Shown here in pieces: positions 58,815-64,000 of a stretch of DNA of 64,000 nt. The position numbers and the translations under genes are program-made. Where the stretch lies: the NCBI GenBank assembly GCA_017412085.1, contig JAFPYS010000019.1, positions 17,869 to 81,868 on the forward strand. The letters are read 5' to 3'. The first letter of the stretch is position 1, and every line of letters begins with the position of its first letter. Below the pieces are notes generated by a model. That model was not told the origin of the DNA. It searched no databases and saw nothing but the letters and a program-made list of their open reading frames with translations. This DNA is from Alphaproteobacteria bacterium. Lineage in GTDB: Bacteria; Pseudomonadota; Alphaproteobacteria; CAAHEQ01; UBA3637.

Positions 58815-60165
58815 CAGCCAAGCCCTTGGCTTTTAAAGCGTCACGGATCTCATCAGATTTTGCCCAATCCTTCGCAGCGCGTGCTGCTTTACGAGCATCT
58901 AATAATGCTTGTACCTCGGCGTCTGGAACATAGGCCTCTTCCTTCATTTCGTCCATTTTTAAGCCAAAAACCGTATCGATCTCGGACAAAATTGCCCATT
59001 TTGTGGCGTTATTCAAAGCGGCATCTTTGACAACTTCCCACATCACGGCTAATGCTTGAGGGGTGGCAACATCATTAAAGATCGCTTCGTCAAATTTACC
59101 CAATAACGCTGCCTTCTTGGCTTCATCTACCGCGCCAGATAAATCCTTTTTGATCTCAATTACACGGGCTTTCAAGTTATTAAAGGCCGCTTGAGCTGCG
59201 TCCAAGGCTTCCCATGTAAATTGCAGCTCTGAACGATAATGAGCGGTTAAGGCTAAATAACGATAGGCCAGCGGATTATAGCCTTTTTCTTTCAAAGAAG
59301 GTGTGGTCAAAATGTTACCCAAAGACTTGGACATCTTGACATCTTTGAGCTGCAAAAAGGCATTATGCACCCAATAATTCACCCATTTATGTCCAAAGCA
59401 GCCTTCGGATTGCGCTTTTTCATTTTCGTGATGCACAGAAATGTGGTCAATACCCCCACAGTGAATATCAATATACTCGCCCAAGTATTTGGACGACATT
59501 ACAGAACATTCAATGTGCCAACCGGGATATCCCCTACCCCATGGCGAATCCCATTGTAAAATTTGATTTTCAAACTTGGAAGATGTGAACCACAATACAA
59601 AATCCGTTGGATTACGTTTGTTTGGATCTTCTTCAACGCGGGCGCCATGTTGTAAACCTTCGATATCTTTGTGAGATAATTCGCCATAATGACCGAACTT
59701 GAGCGTATCAAAATAGACGTTACCACCGGCGACATAAGCCAATCCTTTTTCTTCTAATTTCTTCACAAATTCAATCATGTCTTGAACGTGTTCCGTAGCG
59801 CGGCAAACGGTACTTGGACGGATGATATTTAAGTCGTTTTCCTCGTCAAAGAAGAAGTTTTCATATTTACGAGCCAGAGCCAATACATCCATTTTTTCTT
59901 TTTCGGCGGCCTTCAGCATTTTGTCTTCGCCAGTGTCTTCATCACTTGTCAAATGTCCGACGTCTGTGATATTCATGACATGATGAACATCATAGCCAGC
60001 CCGCACTAACGTACGATGCAAAAAGTCCTCATTTAAATAAGTGCGTAAATTACCAATGTGAGCATAGCTGTAAACGGTTGGACCACAACAATACATGCCA
60101 ACTTTTCCATCTGTGATTGGTTTAAATTCTTCCAGTTGACGTGTCAGTGTGTTATAAAGTTTCAT
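58771..60165 (-). CDS. cysS: Cysteinyl-tRNA synthetase
   Basis: YSYAHIGNLRTY; GWHIECS; KMSKSLGN. Confidence 0.96.
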   Translation of the reverse strand: MKLYNTLTRQLEEFKPITDGKVGMYCCGPTVYSYAHIGNLRTYLNEDFLHRTLVRAGYDVHHVMNITDVGHLTSDEDTGEDKMLKAAEKEKMDVLALARKYENFFFDEENDLNIIRPSTVCRATEHVQDMIEFVKKLEEKGLAYVAGGNVYFDTLKFGHYGELSHKDIEGLQHGARVEEDPNKRNPTDFVLWFTSSKFENQILQWDSPWGRGYPGWHIECSVMSSKYLGEYIDIHCGGIDHISVHHENEKAQSEGCFGHKWVNYWVHNAFLQLKDVKMSKSLGNILTTPSLKEKGYNPLAYRYLALTAHYRSELQFTWEALDAAQAAFNNLKARVIEIKKDLSGAVDEAKKAALLGKFDEAIFNDVATPQALAVMWEVVKDAALNNATKWAILSEIDTVFGLKMDEMKEEAYVPDAEVQALLDARKAARAAKDWAKSDEIRDALKAKGLAVKDLPDGSVEIKQI

Positions 60166-60227
60166 GTGATCCATCCTTTCGATGAAAATCATTATAGCAA
60201 ATAGGAATTAAAAGTCAAGGATTTTTA

Positions 60228-61532
60228 TCAGCGCAACGCGGCACATTTTTTCTTTTGAATCATCCTTTCTGATTGCCAACCTTTTGCAGCTAAATTGACG
60301 CAATCATCATAAATTTTGCGCCCAGCTTTTGGTGTGGCTTCAACGCCGCAAACAACCTTTTTTCTGGCTTTCACAATTTCTGGAATTTCCCATCCTCTAT
60401 TTTCTAATTTATAGTGAGTTAAATCAGCAAACAACCTTGCCTCCATCATTTCACCGAAATTAGAATATTTAACTGTGGGCTTTTTATCAAAACGAGCCAA
60501 GAAATCCTTGAAAATTTGTTCGTGTTCTGGCAGTACATATCCTTTACCCGCCAGCAAAGCTTCAAATGTTTGCAGTACCACGGGGTTTTTCCATCCGCCG
60601 CCGAACAAAATAATATGCGGTGGCAGTTTGATTTTTTTGTCGGTCAGAGTCATTGCTTGCACAGCAATATAGGCCGCAAAATATTCCAAGGTATGTACTG
60701 CATCTTCAATGCTGAGCTTATGTTTCTTAATAAGAGCAAACACTTTGTCCTTGTGGTAAAATTGTGGATCGCCAGACTTGGGCAATCCCCGTTCATAAAA
60801 GTCTCGGCCAAGATCAAATAATTCTTGCAATAACTTCTTGTTTAATTTACCTTTTTTACCATATTTGCCATTTTTATCAAAGGCATCCGGCGTGTTGTCA
60901 CGGATAAAATTATCAACATATTCATTAAATGGACCGGCATCGGCTCCTACTTGAGCGACACCATCCACAATCCATGCAAAATTGGATGTATTACCACCAT
61001 TATAATAGCAGCCATCACCTTCGGTTGCAGCAATATGGGCATTGTGTGGTGGCACCAACGGCGCTCCATCAAATCCTGCCATTACGGGGGCTGAACGGAA
61101 ATCATAAACAACCCTTATGCCTGTTAAATCGGCCAACATTTTTCCAGATCCAATCTGCAAAGTATAAGGTTTTGTTTTTTCCGCTTTGGCGCGGGATGGC
61201 GGATTGTGATCCAATGTTTTACCATGAAACCCAATGGCATCAATTTTGGACTTATCCAACTTAAATTTTTTACACATCTCGTTAATACAATTGGCCACTT
61301 GGCGTACATATTCATCATGGATTGCTTGGAACTCTGGCAAGGCTTCAATTTCTTTGCGGGTCTTATTCCCTACTTTGGCCCGTAATCCCTCTACCTTTTT
61401 TTGCATGTCTTTTGTATAAGATTTTGAATAAGAACAAATATCTTTCATCTTGTTCCCATCAAATTCAGTCAAAACCAAATCAATGGCATCCATGCTGTTG
61501 CCAGTCATATTGCCTATAATACGATAAGACAT
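60228..61532 (-). CDS. anmK: Anhydro-N-acetylmuramic acid kinase
   Basis: GNMTGNSMDAIDLVL; GFHGKTLDHNP; FDGAPLVPPHN; GGGWKN. Confidence 0.92.
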   Translation of the reverse strand: MSYRIIGNMTGNSMDAIDLVLTEFDGNKMKDICSYSKSYTKDMQKKVEGLRAKVGNKTRKEIEALPEFQAIHDEYVRQVANCINEMCKKFKLDKSKIDAIGFHGKTLDHNPPSRAKAEKTKPYTLQIGSGKMLADLTGIRVVYDFRSAPVMAGFDGAPLVPPHNAHIAATEGDGCYYNGGNTSNFAWIVDGVAQVGADAGPFNEYVDNFIRDNTPDAFDKNGKYGKKGKLNKKLLQELFDLGRDFYERGLPKSGDPQFYHKDKVFALIKKHKLSIEDAVHTLEYFAAYIAVQAMTLTDKKIKLPPHIILFGGGWKNPVVLQTFEALLAGKGYVLPEHEQIFKDFLARFDKKPTVKYSNFGEMMEARLFADLTHYKLENRGWEIPEIVKARKKVVCGVEATPKAGRKIYDDCVNLAAKGWQSERMIQKKKCAALR

Positions 61533-61542
61533 TTCTCCCCCG

Positions 61543-62526
61543 TTATTTCGATAAGTGTCTGACACTGTTAATAAGAAGTGCGTTATTTATCTTTTTTTTT
61601 ACTGGTGTTTGAGCATTCAATGCTTTTTTGACAAACCCATCGTGTTGTTCCAACAGGGCTGCGGCTGCCCGTGCAGGCAAATTTTTACCAGCCATAACAA
61701 CGGCAAGAGGGACACCTTTTGTTGGTTCTTTCAAGAATTTTTGTGATTCGGCCAAACATCTTTCTGCGACATCTCTTTCAACTCCAGTAATATCACAAAT
61801 GATGCGCATTGCTCGATCTCTTAGTTTTTCATTCATTACTCGAACGTCAATCATCAAATTTTCATACACCTTACCAACCAATGTAAAGGCACCCGTTGTG
61901 ATCTGATTCAATACCATTTTTTGTGCAGTGCCAGATTTCAATCGACTTGAACCTGTCAACACCTCTGGGCCAACAACAGGATTGATAAAAATATTCGAAA
62001 ACGCCTTCAACTTGGCCTCTGTGTTCGAACTATAGCCAATGGTTTTAATCCCTAATTGTTGTGCTTTTTCCAAAATGGCCAAAATATAAGGAGCGCTGCC
62101 ACCCGCAGATAGGCCCATCACAACATCTTTCTTTGTTGGTTTTAAAGCCATCAAATCAGCCACACCCCCCTCTCGAGAATCTTCGGAATTTTCAACCGAA
62201 TAACGTAACGCCCTGTCTCCACCAGCAATTGTGCCAACGACGACGCCATGCTCCACGCCAAATGTCGGCCAACACTCGGAGGCATCTAACACCGCCAAAC
62301 GACCACTTGTCCCTGCTCCAAAATATAACAAACGACCGCCTTGTTTAATGGCTTTTGCAACACTTTCTATAGCTTGTGCGATTTGGGGCAAACATTTTTG
62401 AACAGCCAATGCAACCTTTTGATCCTCGCCATTCATTAAGGTGGCAATTTCTAAAGCACTCATTTCATCCAAATGCTTTGATTTTTCATTACGTGTTTCT
62501 GTGGTAAGTTGTTTTTGTTCTTTCAT
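61543..62526 (-). CDS. murQ: N-acetylmuramic acid 6-phosphate etherase
   Basis: 327 aa; GGRLLYFGAGTSGRLAVLDASECWPTFG; TGSSRLKSGTAQKMVLN. Confidence 0.95.
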   Translation of the reverse strand: MKEQKQLTTETRNEKSKHLDEMSALEIATLMNGEDQKVALAVQKCLPQIAQAIESVAKAIKQGGRLLYFGAGTSGRLAVLDASECWPTFGVEHGVVVGTIAGGDRALRYSVENSEDSREGGVADLMALKPTKKDVVMGLSAGGSAPYILAILEKAQQLGIKTIGYSSNTEAKLKAFSNIFINPVVGPEVLTGSSRLKSGTAQKMVLNQITTGAFTLVGKVYENLMIDVRVMNEKLRDRAMRIICDITGVERDVAERCLAESQKFLKEPTKGVPLAVVMAGKNLPARAAAALLEQHDGFVKKALNAQTPVKKKINNALLINSVRHLSK

Positions 62527-62605
62527 TTTAACTCCTTTTTGAATCTTATACTAGCACACTAACAAACTTTTATGCCTTTTTCAATAAAAAAATTCATTTT
62601 TCCCG

Positions 62606-62634
62606 TTGACAGATATAATTTTTTACTTTAATAT
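62606..62634 (+). promoter_or_regulatory. lexA promoter
   Basis: TTGACA-N17-TAATAT. Confidence 0.8.
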
Positions 62635-62636
62635 GA

Positions 62637-62651
62637 GAACAAAACAAGAAC
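62637..62651 (+). promoter_or_regulatory. LexA operator (alphaproteobacterial SOS box) GAAC-N7-GAAC
   Basis: GAACAAAACAAGAAC immediately downstream of the -10 of lexA. Confidence 0.8.
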
Positions 62652-62674
62652 AAAGAGCCGCAGGGAGGCGAAAT

Positions 62675-63283
62675 ATGATTACAAAAAAACAATTACAACT
62701 GTTTGATTTTATTAAAGAATATGTTTCTGAAAATGGGGTTGCCCCCTCGTTTAGCGAGATGCAGGATTACCTGGGGCTGAAATCAAAATCTAATGTCCAT
62801 CGTTTGGTCAGCGCTTTGGAGCAACAACATCTGTTACATCGTACTCCCAAAATGGCTAGATCTATTTCTCCGGAGAACATGCCATCCGGCGCGGCCAATG
62901 ATGTTGTTCAAATACCCTTATATGGTAAGATTGCGGCGGGTTTGCCAATTGAAGCCGTAGCCAATGAAACAGAGACAATCAGTGTGCCGGCCTCCATGAC
63001 GGGAAATGGACAATACTATGCTTTATTGGTGGAAGGCGATTCCATGATTAATGCTGGTATTTTAAATGGGGATACTGTGATTATCAAGCGTGCCAATCAG
63101 GCTAATGACGGGGATATTGTGGTGGCTTTAATTGATGGTTATGATGTAACCTTAAAGCGTTTGCGCAAAAAGGCCTCTTCTATTGCCTTAGAGCCAGCCA
63201 ATCCTGCTTATGAAACACGCATTTTTACAACGGATCGTGTTGAAATTCAAGGAATTTTAGCCGGTTTGATGCGTTCCTATTAA
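62675..63283 (+). CDS. lexA: LexA repressor
   Basis: HTH QDYLGLKSKSNVHRLVSALEQ; AG cleavage site KIAAGLPIEA; catalytic VEGDSM and K in VTLKRL; GGGAGG SD. Confidence 0.96.
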   Translation: MITKKQLQLFDFIKEYVSENGVAPSFSEMQDYLGLKSKSNVHRLVSALEQQHLLHRTPKMARSISPENMPSGAANDVVQIPLYGKIAAGLPIEAVANETETISVPASMTGNGQYYALLVEGDSMINAGILNGDTVIIKRANQANDGDIVVALIDGYDVTLKRLRKKASSIALEPANPAYETRIFTTDRVEIQGILAGLMRSY

Positions 63284-63290
63284 AAATTTG

Positions 63291-63319
63291 TTGACTTTTT
63301 ATTTTCTCCTCTATATTAT
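63291..63319 (+). promoter_or_regulatory. dapA promoter
   Basis: TTGACT-N17-TATTAT. Confidence 0.65.
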
Positions 63320-63349
63320 AATAGATTGGTTGAGGTGAAGGGCTTGTAC

Positions 63350-64000
63350 ATGACGAATAAAGCAAATTTCGGTGATGTTGTCACCGCTATGGTGACACCT
63401 TTTAAACCTGACGCGGACCAAAATGTGGCCTATGATGAAGTTGAATCGTTAACAAGGTACCTGATTAACAATGGAACAGATACAATTTTGTTGACGGGAT
63501 CTACTGGCGAAGCGGCGCAGTTGTCTGTATTGGAAAAATGGGATATTCTTCGGACTGTTCGCAAGGCAGTTCCACAGGCCAGGATTATGGTTGCGACAAG
63601 CGATACGAATACAGGGCGTGCCATTCAAAAGGCAAAAACAGCGTTTCAATATGGGGCGGATTCTATTTTGGTGGCGGTACCCGAGTATGTAAAACCATCC
63701 CAAAAGGCCTTATTTATCCACTTTAATGCCATTGCTAAAGCAATTGATAATAAGCCGATGATGATTTACAATATTCCTGGACGCACGAGCAAAGAGATTG
63801 CACCATCAACTGTTGCCGATCTTGCAAAAGAAAATCCAAATATTGTTGGTATTAAACAAAGTATGCCAAGTATGGATCGGGTTTCGGAATTAAGAGCTCT
63901 TTGTCCGCCTGATTTTCAAATCTATTCCGGTGACGACAGTTTAACGTTACCGATGTTAGCATTAGGGGCAACAGGTGTTGTCAGCGTTATGTCACATCTT
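63350..64000 (+). CDS. dapA: 4-hydroxy-tetrahydrodipicolinate synthase, 3' truncated by window edge
   Basis: VVTAMVTPF; TGSTGEAAQLS; MIYNIPGRTSKEI; YSGDDSLTLPMLALGA; not in ORF track because incomplete. Confidence 0.92.
   Translation, partial: MTNKANFGDVVTAMVTPFKPDADQNVAYDEVESLTRYLINNGTDTILLTGSTGEAAQLSVLEKWDILRTVRKAVPQARIMVATSDTNTGRAIQKAKTAFQYGADSILVAVPEYVKPSQKALFIHFNAIAKAIDNKPMMIYNIPGRTSKEIAPSTVADLAKENPNIVGIKQSMPSMDRVSELRALCPPDFQIYSGDDSLTLPMLALGATGVVSVMSHL

Overview
This 64 kb window looks like a chromosomal segment from an AT-rich, probably anaerobic or host-associated alphaproteobacterium. The taxonomy is inferred from gene content: CckA, AddAB, an ihfB-type gene, DUF2155, the YceD/BamE pair and a GAAC-N7-GAAC LexA box. 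Most of the window is densely packed housekeeping genes: ettA, dut, yajC-secDF, parE, rpmH-rnpA-yidD, mltB/rlpA/dac, tmk/holB/tatD, mlaD, accD, accBC, tyrS, cckA, pgi, lspA, addAB, tsaE/tsaD, secB, mltA, trxA, cysS, anmK-murQ, lexA and dapA. I see no CRISPR array, transposase, prophage or defence island. The strongest unusual content is: (1) a complete atpDCQRBEFAG-type N-ATPase operon with Na+-type c-subunit ligand residues and no delta gene; (2) a complete three-gene [FeFe]-hydrogenase operon (HydA/HndD, NuoF-like, NuoE-like) whose NuoF-like subunit lacks the usual C-terminal ferredoxin domain; (3) a 47-aa BamF-like mini-lipoprotein, absent from the ORF track, between lspA and pgi; (4) a near-identical extended promoter element (TTGACGAACGC-N11-TATTMT) in front of the outer-membrane quality-control genes bamE and bepA; (5) a GT10 alpha-1,3-fucosyltransferase; (6) amgK without an adjacent murU, together with anmK-murQ; (7) several unassigned proteins, including one with an HExxH motif and one with an N-terminal Cys cluster, plus a small-ORF-rich locus near 52.5-53.4 kb. 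Nothing here is clearly a wholly new system. The Na+/H2 energy-metabolism combination is the best candidate for follow-up. Product calls come from recognising motifs by eye; no database search was run.
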